A stretch of 63,805 nt of DNA from Hausera hauseri (Eukaryota): contig JBJURY010000012.1 of NCBI GenBank assembly GCA_046269625.1, positions 196 to 64,000 of the forward strand, written 5' to 3'. Under the pieces are notes generated by a model. It was not told where the DNA came from and made no database searches. It saw only the letters and a list, made by a program, of their open reading frames with translations. Positions 11,358-21,915 of the stretch are shown here, one piece after another. How positions within the stretch are numbered: the first letter of the stretch is position 1; each line of letters starts with the position of its first letter. The position numbers were made by a program, and so were the translations under genes.

Positions 11358-12530
11358 TTATTTTAATATTATTAGATTTTCTTTCCATATATTTTTCTCT
11401 ATCTTAAAAGTAAGAATTTTATTTATTTTAATTATTTTATTTATTTTTATAAAACCATATGTTTTATTTTTAAATTTTATTATATATATATTTTTTATCC
11501 TTATTATTACTCTACCTATAATATTTTTTACATTATTTTCTTTCCAAGGATTAGTAATACAATCCTTATAACTAAATTTTATTTTTCTTATATTTCTAAA
11601 ATCTATTGGTTTAGCATATAAATATTTTCTTCTTTTTAAAAAACTTTTTATATTAATTATATTACTTATCCATGAAAAATCATTTGAATATATTACACCA
11701 TATATATTTGTATTATATTTTATTAAAATATATTTTCTTAATATCTTTAGTATTATAACTCTTATTGCTTTATATTTGATTCTTTTTTTTAAATCTAATA
11801 AATCAAAGAAATGTTTTGAACCCAATGAAATTTTTTTATTTATTCTATTAATTCTTAATATTTTTATTTTTATTTTTTGTCCAACTCTTAGGATTTCCAA
11901 TGGATGTTTTATAATTTTATTACAAATATTTGTTTTATGTAATAATCCGGTTATATTATATTTTAATTTTATAAATGCACCATAATTAGTTATATTTTTT
12001 ACTATGCCGTAAGTTTTTTTTTTAATATTATCAGTTAAGTAATTGAAATATCTTATTTTTTTTTCTATTAGATATTTTTTTCTTGATAATACTATATTAT
12101 TTTTCTCAAATTTTATTATTTTAAATTTAAATATTTTATTTATTAATTTTTTACTATTTATAGGTTTTAGATCTATTAAGGAACCCGGTAAGAAACATTT
12201 AATATTATTAACAGATACAATCATTCCTCCTTTTATTCTTATTAATATTTTCCCTTTAATATTTTTATTTTTATTGAATACTTTTTTTATAATTTTTAAC
12301 GTTCTTTTTTTTATATAACTATTTACAGATAATTCCGTTGTACCTTTTGAGTATCCTGTTTTTATTATCTTTGCAAAAATATATTTTTTATTTCTAATTA
12401 ATATATTATTTTTTATTGTTGCTATCGATTTCAATTTCGTATCTACTAATATTTTATTATTTATTCTTATTATTTTATTTGATCTAATTATATCACCTTT
12501 TTTATAATTAAGTAATTTTATTATATTCAT
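11358..12530 (-). CDS. rpsA: 30S ribosomal protein S1 (shortened)
   Basis: FLPGSLID, NNIVLSRK, GIVKNITNYGAF; follows aroA. Confidence 0.9.
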   Translation of the reverse strand: MNIIKLLNYKKGDIIRSNKIIRINNKILVDTKLKSIATIKNNILIRNKKYIFAKIIKTGYSKGTTELSVNSYIKKRTLKIIKKVFNKNKNIKGKILIRIKGGMIVSVNNIKCFLPGSLIDLKPINSKKLINKIFKFKIIKFEKNNIVLSRKKYLIEKKIRYFNYLTDNIKKKTYGIVKNITNYGAFIKLKYNITGLLHKTNICNKIIKHPLEILRVGQKIKIKILRINRINKKISLGSKHFFDLLDLKKRIKYKAIRVIILKILRKYILIKYNTNIYGVIYSNDFSWISNIINIKSFLKRRKYLYAKPIDFRNIRKIKFSYKDCITNPWKENNVKNIIGRVIIRIKNIYIIKFKNKTYGFIKINKIIKINKILTFKIEKNIWKENLIILK

Positions 12531-13837
12531 TTTTTAATTATTTTAAAAAAGTTAGGGAATGTTTTTCTAACACATTTTGGATTAGTTATACTAATATTTT
12601 TATTATAAATAAATAACATTGAGAAGCACATAGCTATTCTATGATCGTTATAAGTGTTTATTATTATATTTGTTCTTATTTTATTATATTTTATATATAT
12701 CCAATTTCTTTTATAGTATACTATCCCTCCTAATTTTTTGATTTCATTTGATATAGATTTTATTCTGTTTGTTTCTTTAAAATTCCAACTCCTTATATTA
12801 AATAACTTTATATTTTTAATATTAAAAAATGTTAATATTGAAAATATCATACTTGTATCTGGAATATTTAAGCAATTTATTGTCAAACTTTTTATACTAT
12901 AATTTTTATATGTAATATTTAGTTTTTTCTTTCTTATCTTATATTTTAATCCTAATCTTTTAAATATATTTATTATATTAATATCATACTGTAAATAATT
13001 ATATTCTATATTCTTGATAATAGTATTTTTTTTCTTTAAATACGATAATATTAAAAAATAAGATAGTGAAGATATATCTGTTTCTGTTTTAATATATCTA
13101 TTGAGTTTATTACTAGCTAATGTATTAACAAAAATTGTTTGTTTGTTAGTATTTTTATATTTAATAAATATTTTAAATAGCTTTAATATTTTTAAAGTTA
13201 GTTTTATATATGAAAACGAACTTATATCATATGTTTGTATATATACTTTTTTTTTTACAAATATATAAATTAGTAAACAAGATGTTATAAACTGTCCAGA
13301 AATCCCTCCATATATATTAATATTATTTTTAATTTTTCTAAACTGTTTCTTTAATAGTAAAGGTATAAACCCTTTATTTTTTAAATAAATAATTTTGATA
13401 TTATTATTTGTAAAAATATCTACTAATATTTTTATAGTTCTTTTTTTCATATTTTTATTACCATCAATAATTATATTTATATTACTTATAATACTTAAGA
13501 TTATAATCATTGGTCTTAATACTGTTCCTGCATTTTCAAAGTAATAATAATTACTATTTATTTCCATTTGTTTTTTTATAATAAGAATTTTTTTATTTTT
13601 AGTTTTGAATTTTAATCCTAATTTATTGGTATTTATTAACATATATTTAATATCGTTTATACTAATATAATTATCAATAATTATAATTTGTTTTACATTT
13701 AATAATAAGTATATTAATAGAAGGATTCTATTTAAATAACTTTTAGAACCTGGTATATTATTTGTATCTATTATATTATTTTTTTTATATAAATTAATTT
13801 TTAATATATTCATATAATTATTTATTATATATAACAC
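12527..13837 (-). CDS. aroA: EPSP synthase
   Basis: PGSKSYLNR, NAGTVLRP, SGQF, KETNRI, NDHRIAM, KTFPNFF. Confidence 0.95.
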   Translation of the reverse strand: MLYIINNYMNILKINLYKKNNIIDTNNIPGSKSYLNRILLLIYLLLNVKQIIIIDNYISINDIKYMLINTNKLGLKFKTKNKKILIIKKQMEINSNYYYFENAGTVLRPMIIILSIISNINIIIDGNKNMKKRTIKILVDIFTNNNIKIIYLKNKGFIPLLLKKQFRKIKNNINIYGGISGQFITSCLLIYIFVKKKVYIQTYDISSFSYIKLTLKILKLFKIFIKYKNTNKQTIFVNTLASNKLNRYIKTETDISSLSYFLILSYLKKKNTIIKNIEYNYLQYDINIINIFKRLGLKYKIRKKKLNITYKNYSIKSLTINCLNIPDTSMIFSILTFFNIKNIKLFNIRSWNFKETNRIKSISNEIKKLGGIVYYKRNWIYIKYNKIRTNIIINTYNDHRIAMCFSMLFIYNKNISITNPKCVRKTFPNFFKIIKK

Positions 13838-15311
13838 AATTTGTTGATAATAGCATTAATGATAATAGAATGGAATTTTTTAAAGAACTTTTTAATATTT
13901 CAGCGGAATCTATAATACCCACCTTATATAAGTTACAATATTTATTTGTATTTAAATCATATCCATAACCAAATTTCATATTTTTTATATTAGATAATAT
14001 AAATCCAGGATTTATATTTCCATTCTTCATTATTTGAATCAAAGGTGTTTGCATTGCTTCAAACATAATTTTCATACCAGAAATTTCTTTACTATTAAAT
14101 TTAATTTTCTGTTTTATTAGATTAATTATTTTTATTAACACTGTTCCCCCTCCAGGTATTATACCTTTTGATATAGCAAATTTAGTAGCATTTAAAGCAT
14201 TTTTTATTCTATATTTCTTTTCATTTTTTTCTATATCTGAACTTCCTCCTATTCTAATAATACCTATTTTTTTTTCTAATTTAGATATCCTATATACTAT
14301 ATTATTTTTTACTAATTTTGAATTATCTATTTTTTTAATAAACAAAAATGTTTTATTTTTATATATTTCTACCTTTTTAATCTTTTTTAATATATTAGCA
14401 TTTATATCAGATTTGTTAATTCTTTTTTTAAATATTTTACCATTAGTTATAAAAGCAATATCATTTAATAGATATTTATATCTAAAATTTATTTTTATTA
14501 ATACTACATTTATTATATTCTTTATATAATTTATTATCAAAGTATCTAATGTGTTTTTATCGATATCATTACATATTATAAATAATGATTTTTTTATTTT
14601 TGTTATCTTATTTAATACTATTAGTATATCCTTTATACTAGATATTTTAGAGTCATATAATAAAATATATGGATTATATAATATAATTATTTTATTTGAT
14701 ACAATAGTATAACATGTATCATATCCTTTATTAATTTGTAATACTTTTTTTATTATTAGTTTATCTTTTAATGAGTTACTTTTTTTTATTATTATATTAC
14801 CTTCCTTTTTTGTATTTTTTATTGCTTTCAATATTATATTACCAATATTTTTATCATTTGATGCTATTGTCGCAATCTGTAATATCTGCTTATATGTAGT
14901 TAATTTTTTATGGTATTTTTTTATGTATTTTAGTGTTTTATTTAATGTTTTTATAATACCTTTTTTAATATTTTCAAAGCTTTCCCCTAAATTTATATAT
15001 TTAATACTTTCAGTAATTATTTTTTGCGCTATTACTAAAGCAGTTGTTGTACCATCACCTACTTCATTATTTGTTTTTAGTGCTATATTTTTAATTATTT
15101 TTGCAATAAAATTATTTAGTTTATTTTTCAATATTATATTTTTTACCACTGTAACTCCGTCTTTTGTAATAATTATTCTTTTAGTTTTTTCTATCAGTAT
15201 ATTTATTCCTTTTGGTCCTAAAGTTTTTTTTACAGGATTTATTAATTTATTTACGCTTTTTATTATATTTTTTCTATATTTATTATTATATAATATTTTC
15301 TTTGTTATCAT
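13818..15311 (-). CDS. groL: Chaperonin GroEL (strongly diverged)
   Basis: TLGPKG, ITKDGVTV, GDGTTTA, GIIPGGG; downstream of groES. Confidence 0.92.
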   Translation of the reverse strand: MITKKILYNNKYRKNIIKSVNKLINPVKKTLGPKGINILIEKTKRIIITKDGVTVVKNIILKNKLNNFIAKIIKNIALKTNNEVGDGTTTALVIAQKIITESIKYINLGESFENIKKGIIKTLNKTLKYIKKYHKKLTTYKQILQIATIASNDKNIGNIILKAIKNTKKEGNIIIKKSNSLKDKLIIKKVLQINKGYDTCYTIVSNKIIILYNPYILLYDSKISSIKDILIVLNKITKIKKSLFIICNDIDKNTLDTLIINYIKNIINVVLIKINFRYKYLLNDIAFITNGKIFKKRINKSDINANILKKIKKVEIYKNKTFLFIKKIDNSKLVKNNIVYRISKLEKKIGIIRIGGSSDIEKNEKKYRIKNALNATKFAISKGIIPGGGTVLIKIINLIKQKIKFNSKEISGMKIMFEAMQTPLIQIMKNGNINPGFILSNIKNMKFGYGYDLNTNKYCNLYKVGIIDSAEILKSSLKNSILLSLMLLSTNCVIYNK

Positions 15312-15565
15312 CTTCTTAATATAAAAATTATATCATTATATTTCAAATATGTATATTTTTTATTTTGTAAATAGAAACTATTACCTGAATATACATTATA
15401 TACTATATTATCACCTTTTTTTATATTTTTCAAATTTTTTGATTTATATATCACCTTCCCAATTTGTATTTTTTCTCTATTATTATTTATTAATAAATCC
15501 GTTTTATTTATTTGTGGTTTTTTATTTCTTATTATTAAATAATTATTTAATGGTATTAATTTCAT
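15308..15565 (-). CDS. groS: Co-chaperonin GroES
   Basis: MKLIPLNNYLII, IKKGDNIVY, DII; 85 aa, upstream of groL. Confidence 0.85.
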   Translation of the reverse strand: MKLIPLNNYLIIRNKKPQINKTDLLINNNREKIQIGKVIYKSKNLKNIKKGDNIVYNVYSGNSFYLQNKKYTYLKYNDIIFILRR

Positions 15566-15567
15566 AT

Positions 15568-17325
15568 TTAAAAGTTTTTTTTAATATAATTAAATATATT
15601 TAGTATTTCATAGGGGGTATGTCCTGGTATTTTATAGATATCGTTTAAAATTCTAGGTTTGAATCTATTGATATTTTTTAATGTTCTTTTTGATATATTG
15701 ATATTTTTATAATTAATATTATTTGGTATATATAATTTTTTATCTATTTTTTTAAATGCTTTTATATTTCTTTTAATATAATCTTTATATATTATACTAG
15801 AATCTACTAAATTAGATAATAAAAATATATTATATTTGTTTCCCTTATATATGTTTATAAAACTATATTTTTTATTTTTTATTCCTAGATATATTATTTT
15901 ATTTTTTTTTAATTTAATAATTTCCTTTTTTAAGTAATTTATTTTTTTCTTAATTTGTATTGCTATTCTTTTATATCTTTTAATTTTTTTTACAGCATTA
16001 TATATTCTTATATCACAATTATCTTCTCTTAGTATCAGATTATTTTTATTTCTACTTGTAAATATTCTATAAGGTTCTGTTACACCATTTGAAACTATAT
16101 CATTTATTAATGTAGTTATATAACTAATTCTAGAATCTAATATAATATTTTTTTTAGTAATTTTATTATATATATTTATTCCAACTATAATACCTTGTGC
16201 AGCTGCTTCCTCATAACCTGAGGTACCATTTATTTGTCCAGCTAAATATAATCCTTTTATATTTTTACTTTCCATTTTTTTATTTAGATATTTGGGATTA
16301 AAATATCCATATTCTATTATATAACCCGGTTTAATTATTTTAGCTTTTTCCAAACCTTTTATATGATTAATTATTTTTTGTTGTTTATATTTTGTATAGC
16401 TCATTGGTATCCCATTTGGATAAATGATATTATTTGTTATACTTTCTTTTTCTAATATTATTCTGTGTTCTTTAATATTACTAAACTTACTGATCTTATC
16501 TTCCAGTGATATACAATGTTTTGGTCCTTTACTATTTATTTTACCTGAGTATATTATAGAATTCTTTATATTTTTAATAACGATATTATGGACTTTATAA
16601 TTTGTTTTGGTTATGTAACAAGGAATCTCTTTTATATTATTATAATATTTATTAGAAATAGAAAAAGGAAAAATATCATATTCATAATTTATTTTTTTTA
16701 ACTTATTAAAGTTTATAGTATTAGCATCTAATCTAGGTGGTGTTCCTGTTCTAAACCTACCGTATCCAGGTAATATTTCCTTAAGTTGATTAGCTAAATA
16801 TATATTATTATTCTTATTGTTATTTTGTATTATATTACCATATATTATTTTATATTCAAGAAAAGTTCCACTTGCTAACACTATATTATCAGCAAAGTAT
16901 TTATTATTGTTTTCAGTTATAACACCTTTTACATTATTATTTTCAATTAATATTTTTATTACTTTATTTTCAATAATAATAAGATTTTTGTAATTTTTTA
17001 GTTTATTTATTATAAATTTACTATATAATACCTTATCTATTTGATATCTTGTTGCTCTAACAGCTAAACCTTTTGATCTATTTAATATATTTGCTCCAAT
17101 ATTATTTTTATCAGCTGCTTTCCCCATTATTCCACCCAATATATCTAATTCTCTCACTAATATACTTTTTCCAATCCCTCCTATTGAAGGATTACAGTTC
17201 ATTATACCAATATTTGATATCCTGTCAGTGATTAATATAACTTTTAAATTAAATTTAGCTGATATATTTGCTGCTTCTATTCCTGCATGTCCTCCTCCAA
17301 TTATTATTATATCATATTTCATCAT
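15568..17325 (-). CDS. mnmG: tRNA uridine-34 modification enzyme MnmG/GidA
   Basis: GGGHAGIEAA, CNPSIGGIGK, TGTPPR, AGQINGTSGYEEAAAQG. Confidence 0.97.
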   Translation of the reverse strand: MMKYDIIIIGGGHAGIEAANISAKFNLKVILITDRISNIGIMNCNPSIGGIGKSILVRELDILGGIMGKAADKNNIGANILNRSKGLAVRATRYQIDKVLYSKFIINKLKNYKNLIIIENKVIKILIENNNVKGVITENNNKYFADNIVLASGTFLEYKIIYGNIIQNNNKNNNIYLANQLKEILPGYGRFRTGTPPRLDANTINFNKLKKINYEYDIFPFSISNKYYNNIKEIPCYITKTNYKVHNIVIKNIKNSIIYSGKINSKGPKHCISLEDKISKFSNIKEHRIILEKESITNNIIYPNGIPMSYTKYKQQKIINHIKGLEKAKIIKPGYIIEYGYFNPKYLNKKMESKNIKGLYLAGQINGTSGYEEAAAQGIIVGINIYNKITKKNIILDSRISYITTLINDIVSNGVTEPYRIFTSRNKNNLILREDNCDIRIYNAVKKIKRYKRIAIQIKKKINYLKKEIIKLKKNKIIYLGIKNKKYSFINIYKGNKYNIFLLSNLVDSSIIYKDYIKRNIKAFKKIDKKLYIPNNINYKNINISKRTLKNINRFKPRILNDIYKIPGHTPYEILNIFNYIKKNF

Positions 17326-18554
17326 TATTTACCAATACAAAAGTTTTTAAATATCTTATCTAAATATTTATTGTTATTAATACTACCTAAGCTAATTAAT
17401 TTAAGACATCTATTTAATAAATTTTTACTTATATAATAATCTATATTTATTATTTTAGTTACTTTATATAGGATTTTAATTAGTTTTTTAAATATATATT
17501 TAAACCCATTTACTTTATTATAATCATATATGTTTTTTATTTTGCTTTTTATTATTCTTATCAACCTATTAAAACCAATGTTGTTTTTATTAGATATACA
17601 TATATTATTTATATAACTTTTTTTTTTAATTCTATCTATTTTTGTTAATACATTTATTTTATTAATATTTAGTAATAACTTTTCAAGACTTGCATTTTTG
17701 TAATTTATACCGTATAATCTTATTACAAGATCAGAATTCTTAATTAGTTTTATTGTCTTTCTTATTCCCATTTGTTCTATTTTATTTTTAGTCTTTCTTA
17801 TTCCCGGAGTATCATAAATTTCAATACTAATATTATTTAATTTTATTCTTTTGTATGTGATATTATTTGTTGTACCTTTTATTTTTGATATTATTGAATA
17901 CCTTTTTTTTATTATCTTATTAAAAAGTGTTGATTTACCTACATTACATTCTCCAGTAATTATTATTTTTACTGTTTTTTTCTTGATATATTTTTTACAT
18001 AATTTTATTAGCTTAAAAAGCTTCTTTTTAATTATACTATTTCCTATTTTATCTAATAATATTTTAGCTTCTATAACAATAATAATATTTATTATTTTTT
18101 CTTTTATTTGTTTAAAAATATTTTCTAAATTATTATTAGATACGTTATTTATTTTATATATATCTAATAAATTTATTTTGTTATTTAAGAATCCTCGTTT
18201 TGTGAATTCTCCTGGTTTAGAATATTTTGTATTAATTATTTTTAATTTATTTTTAATTAACTTCAATATATTTTTTAATAAATATATATTACCATTAATA
18301 TATATTTCTATTATTGTTTCACCATTAAATGAATTAGGGGAAGGAAATAAACAAACTATACCTTTTTCTAATATAGTATTTTTGTTATATATTTTTATAT
18401 TTGTCATATATCTAGGAAAAAGGTAATCTTTTTTAAATATTCTATTTAATATTAATCTTAAATATTTATCTTTTTCTCCTAATGATATTCTTATACCTCC
18501 AATAGCATGATTTTTATCTAAACTAGTAAATACATTTATAATTGGGTTTATCAT
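17325..18554 (-). CDS. mnmE: tRNA modification GTPase MnmE
   Basis: SPNSFNGE, PGEFTKRGFLN, GECNVGKSTL, GTT, DTPG, FCIGK end; start moved to ATG 18554. Confidence 0.95.
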   Translation of the reverse strand: MINPIINVFTSLDKNHAIGGIRISLGEKDKYLRLILNRIFKKDYLFPRYMTNIKIYNKNTILEKGIVCLFPSPNSFNGETIIEIYINGNIYLLKNILKLIKNKLKIINTKYSKPGEFTKRGFLNNKINLLDIYKINNVSNNNLENIFKQIKEKIINIIIVIEAKILLDKIGNSIIKKKLFKLIKLCKKYIKKKTVKIIITGECNVGKSTLFNKIIKKRYSIISKIKGTTNNITYKRIKLNNISIEIYDTPGIRKTKNKIEQMGIRKTIKLIKNSDLVIRLYGINYKNASLEKLLLNINKINVLTKIDRIKKKSYINNICISNKNNIGFNRLIRIIKSKIKNIYDYNKVNGFKYIFKKLIKILYKVTKIINIDYYISKNLLNRCLKLISLGSINNNKYLDKIFKNFCIGK

Positions 18555-19722
18555 GATAGTTACTCGTTTTGCCCCTAATTCCAAAGGGGGTTTACATATT
18601 GGAAATTTTAAAATAATAGTTATTTTATGGTATATAGTATATAGATATAAAGGTTTATTTATTATAAGAGTAGATAATATAAACAAAGAAAATTTTTATA
18701 ATCAAGATAGGATATTAAAGATATTAAGGATAATGAAGATAAATTTTTCTCTTCTAATTAATCAGAATTTAAGAAAGTCAATATATATTAAGTTTGCAAT
18801 TAAATTACTAGATAATAATAAGGTATATTATAAGAATAATATTATGTTTTTTAAATATAGGAAGAATTATATAGGGAGATTTTATGATATAAGAAAAGGT
18901 TTTATTTATAATAAAAATTATTTATATGATTTTGCTATACTAAATAAATATAATAAACCTACATATAATTTTTCTTCTGCTATTGATGATTATTTATTTG
19001 GAGTAAATTTTATAGCAAGGGGGAGTGAACATTTAGAAAATACCTTTAAACAATTATCTATATTTAGAGCTATTTGTAATAGAAAACTACCTGTTTTTTT
19101 TCATATTTCAATATTATTAAATAAAAAAAAGGAGAAAATTTCTAAAAGGAAAGATAATAGATATAAGATCTTTTTTTTATTAAAAAAAGGCATTTTTAGA
19201 AGAACTTTATTTTTTAATATAATAAATATTAGTTTTAATATAAAGAGAGATATATTTTTATACCCCTTTTTTAAAAAGGGGATATCAATCAAGGATATTA
19301 ATTCCCCCATTAAAATTTATAATTTTAATGATATTTTTATTTTAAATAAAATTTTTATTAGAAAAATGAAATTAAAGTATCTTTTTAAAACAACTGGGAT
19401 TATTTTTTTATTTCTAAAATATTTTATTAATCGAGTAGTAATATTAAGTCAACTTAAAGAGTTATCAGTGTATTATTTAAATAAATTTAATATCTTTATC
19501 AAGAGAAATTATTTTTTTTTTATTTTTATTAATTACAATCTTAGAATAAATATAATAAATAAGTTAATAAATATTAGTAACATAAAATTTAATCATAACT
19601 ATAATTTATACCGTATCATGTATAATGAATGTAATATTTTCAAAGTTACTAACCCTCCTATTAATATTATAATCAAATCTAATCTATTAAAAATTATTAC
19701 CTTAAATAAATTGTCCTTTTAA
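18553..19722 (+). CDS. gltX: Glutamate--tRNA ligase
   Basis: VTRFAPN, LHIGN, PTYNF, RGSEHL, KISKR. Confidence 0.9.
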   Translation: MIVTRFAPNSKGGLHIGNFKIIVILWYIVYRYKGLFIIRVDNINKENFYNQDRILKILRIMKINFSLLINQNLRKSIYIKFAIKLLDNNKVYYKNNIMFFKYRKNYIGRFYDIRKGFIYNKNYLYDFAILNKYNKPTYNFSSAIDDYLFGVNFIARGSEHLENTFKQLSIFRAICNRKLPVFFHISILLNKKKEKISKRKDNRYKIFFLLKKGIFRRTLFFNIINISFNIKRDIFLYPFFKKGISIKDINSPIKIYNFNDIFILNKIFIRKMKLKYLFKTTGIIFLFLKYFINRVVILSQLKELSVYYLNKFNIFIKRNYFFFIFINYNLRINIINKLINISNIKFNHNYNLYRIMYNECNIFKVTNPPINIIIKSNLLKIITLNKLSF

Positions 19723-19783
19723 TCTAATGGTAAGATCTTACTCTTTCACAGTAAATATATGGGTTCAATTCCCTTATAGGATG
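19713..19783 (+). tRNA. tRNA-Glu(UUC)
   Basis: Cloverleaf; TTACT-CT TTC AC-AGTAA; GGG TTCAATT CCC. Confidence 0.9.
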
Positions 19784-19785
19784 AG

Positions 19786-19856
19786 GGAATAATATTTTAA
19801 TGGAAGAAATTTGGTTTGTCATGTCAATAGTACGAGTTCAATTCTCGTTTATTTCA
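19786..19856 (+). tRNA. tRNA-Asp(GUC)
   Basis: TTGGT-TT GTC AT-GTCAA; ACGAG TTCAATT CTCGT; GGAATAA/TTATTTC acceptor. Confidence 0.85.
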
Positions 19857-20003
19857 TTCTTTCTTATCTATATATATTAATTTATATAATTTATTTTTAT
19901 ATATTATTTTTTTTCCACTTCTTAATGTGGTTCTGGTTATAAAAAAATTATCTTTTCTTCTTTCTTTAAACAGTGTTAAATATGTTTTTATATTATTTTT
20001 CAT
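19854..20003 (-). CDS. rpmE: 50S ribosomal protein L31 type B, C-terminally truncated (49 aa; not in ORF track)
   Basis: Manual translation MKNNIKTYLTLFKERRKDNFFITRTTLRSGKKIIYKNKLYKLIYIDKKE resembles FITRST...I...GK.YPL of L31B. Confidence 0.65.
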   Translation of the reverse strand: MKNNIKTYLTLFKERRKDNFFITRTTLRSGKKIIYKNKLYKLIYIDKKE

Positions 20004-20454
20004 GATGCTTTATAATATTATTATATTAGTAAGTGATAAATTATTATGTATTATAAGATTTCTAAAGTATTTAATTAAACAAATAAAAAATATTACAAAA
20101 ATAATTAGTATTGAAAACTGGGGTATAAAAAGATTATGTTATAGTATTAATAATATAACTAATGCGGTTTTTATATTACTAAAGGTAAGATCTATTAATA
20201 ATATTAGTAGATTATTAAATAATTTTAAATGTATTATAAGATATTTAATAGTAAATAATTTTAAAGACATTATATTTAGAAATATAATAATATTGAATAA
20301 ATATTTAGATAAAAATTATAATATATTACCTAGAAAATTAACTGGTTTGACTAAAAAATATCAGAAAATAGTTACTAGAGATATAAAAATAGCTAGATTT
20401 ATATCATTACTTCCGTATATTAAAAGAAATATATATAGTAAATATAAAAGATAA
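20002..20454 (+). CDS. rpsF-rpsR: Fused ribosomal proteins S6-S18
   Basis: S6 motifs ENWGIKRLCYSI and IIRYLIV followed in frame by S18 ILPRKLTG...QK...IKIARFISLLPY; start moved to ATG 20002. Confidence 0.88.
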   Translation: MMLYNIIILVSDKLLCIIRFLKYLIKQIKNITKIISIENWGIKRLCYSINNITNAVFILLKVRSINNISRLLNNFKCIIRYLIVNNFKDIIFRNIIILNKYLDKNYNILPRKLTGLTKKYQKIVTRDIKIARFISLLPYIKRNIYSKYKR

Positions 20455-20541
20455 TTATATAATTTTGCATTATATTTCTAATTAAGTAAATATAATAATA
20501 TTTTATTGTATCTAATATAAGTTTTTAAATTGAATAATAAT

Positions 20542-20559
20542 AAGAAGAAGAAGAAGAAG
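20542..20559 (+). repeat. (AAG)6 microsatellite
   Basis: aagaagaagaagaagaag between rpsR and thrC. Confidence 0.9.
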
Positions 20560-20604
20560 ATTAAAATTTATTTTTTTAAAAAAGTATTTAATATTAATAG
20601 TATA

Positions 20605-21915
20605 ATGAAATATATATCTACAAAAGAAAAAACTAAGTTAAATTTTATTAAAGTGATCCTTAATACAATCGGAAGAAAAAAAGGTTTATTTATCCCTAAT
20701 GTAAATATTAAAATAAGAATAAAGAAGTTAATATTAAAGCTTAGAGATAAAGAATTTAGTTACTATGTGACTTATATATTATCTAAGTATATGACAAAGA
20801 AAGAATTTATTAAGATGGATATTAAAAATATTGTTAGTGAGTCTTTTAAAAATATAAAAGGATTTAATATAAAAAAATTAAATTTTTTAGATAAGTATAT
20901 TTATTTGTTTAAGTTATCTGAAGGGAATACTAAATCATTTAAGGATATTTCAATGCCATTAATTGTTAATATAATTAATAAATTATATAATAATAAAACT
21001 AATTTTATCTGTGCTACATCCGGAGATACTGGATCTGCTTGTGAGGATGTTTTTATTAATAAAAAAAATTCATCTGTATTTGTTTTTTCTCCTTTTAAAA
21101 GAATTAGTATATATCAACAATATCAGATGTTTAAGAATTATAATAATAATATTTTTAATATATCGATTATTGGCAACTTTAATCATTGTCAAACTATATT
21201 AAAGGATAGTTTAGTAAAATTTAATTTAAATACTTTAAACTCTATAAATTGGTTAAGAATAATAGTTCAAATTTCTTATTATTTATTTCTTTATATACTA
21301 TTATATTCTAATAATATAGTAAAAGATATAAGTATATATATTCCTACAGGGAACTTTGGTAATGTTTATTCTGCTTATATCTCAAAGATTATTGGTATTC
21401 CTTTTGATAAAATAATTTTCTCTACAAATGAAAATAGTTATTTAGTTGATATATTTAATTTAAAAAATAATAAAGAAAATATAAGATATACAAATTCCCC
21501 AAGTATGGATATAACGATTCCTTCTAATTTTGAAAGATATATATATAATGAATTTAATAATAATTTAAGTAAATATATAAAAAAGAATACCAAAATACTA
21601 TTCAATAAAAAAATAATTTTGAAAGGTAATTCTACAAATAAAAAGTACAGAGCTAAGGCTATTATAAATATATTTAAGTTAAATAATATATATATAGATA
21701 CTCATACAGCTAATGCAATAAATTCTTCTAGGTTTTTTAAATCTAGAAATAAAATAATTCTAGAAACTGCTAAACCGATTAAAGTAATTGATTCAATAAA
21801 TAATATAATTAACATAAGAATTAAAAAGATAATATTAAAAAAAAAATATTATTTGTTTATTAGAAAAGATAAAAATAAAATTTATGCGTTTTTAAATATA
21901 AATATTATTAGATAA
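20605..21915 (+). CDS. thrC: Threonine synthase
   Basis: MKYIST start, TKSFKD, ATSGDTGSA, NSINWLRI, PTGNFGN, SPSMDI..PSNFER. Confidence 0.95.
   Translation: MKYISTKEKTKLNFIKVILNTIGRKKGLFIPNVNIKIRIKKLILKLRDKEFSYYVTYILSKYMTKKEFIKMDIKNIVSESFKNIKGFNIKKLNFLDKYIYLFKLSEGNTKSFKDISMPLIVNIINKLYNNKTNFICATSGDTGSACEDVFINKKNSSVFVFSPFKRISIYQQYQMFKNYNNNIFNISIIGNFNHCQTILKDSLVKFNLNTLNSINWLRIIVQISYYLFLYILLYSNNIVKDISIYIPTGNFGNVYSAYISKIIGIPFDKIIFSTNENSYLVDIFNLKNNKENIRYTNSPSMDITIPSNFERYIYNEFNNNLSKYIKKNTKILFNKKIILKGNSTNKKYRAKAIINIFKLNNIYIDTHTANAINSSRFFKSRNKIILETAKPIKVIDSINNIINIRIKKIILKKKYYLFIRKDKNKIYAFLNINIIR

Noticed and set aside
1049-20604. Long N-terminal extensions in the track for aroQ, aroG, mnmE, rpsF and thrC
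   Set aside because: Most run into the opposite gene, and homology begins at internal ATGs (1048, 6421, 18554, 20002, 20605)
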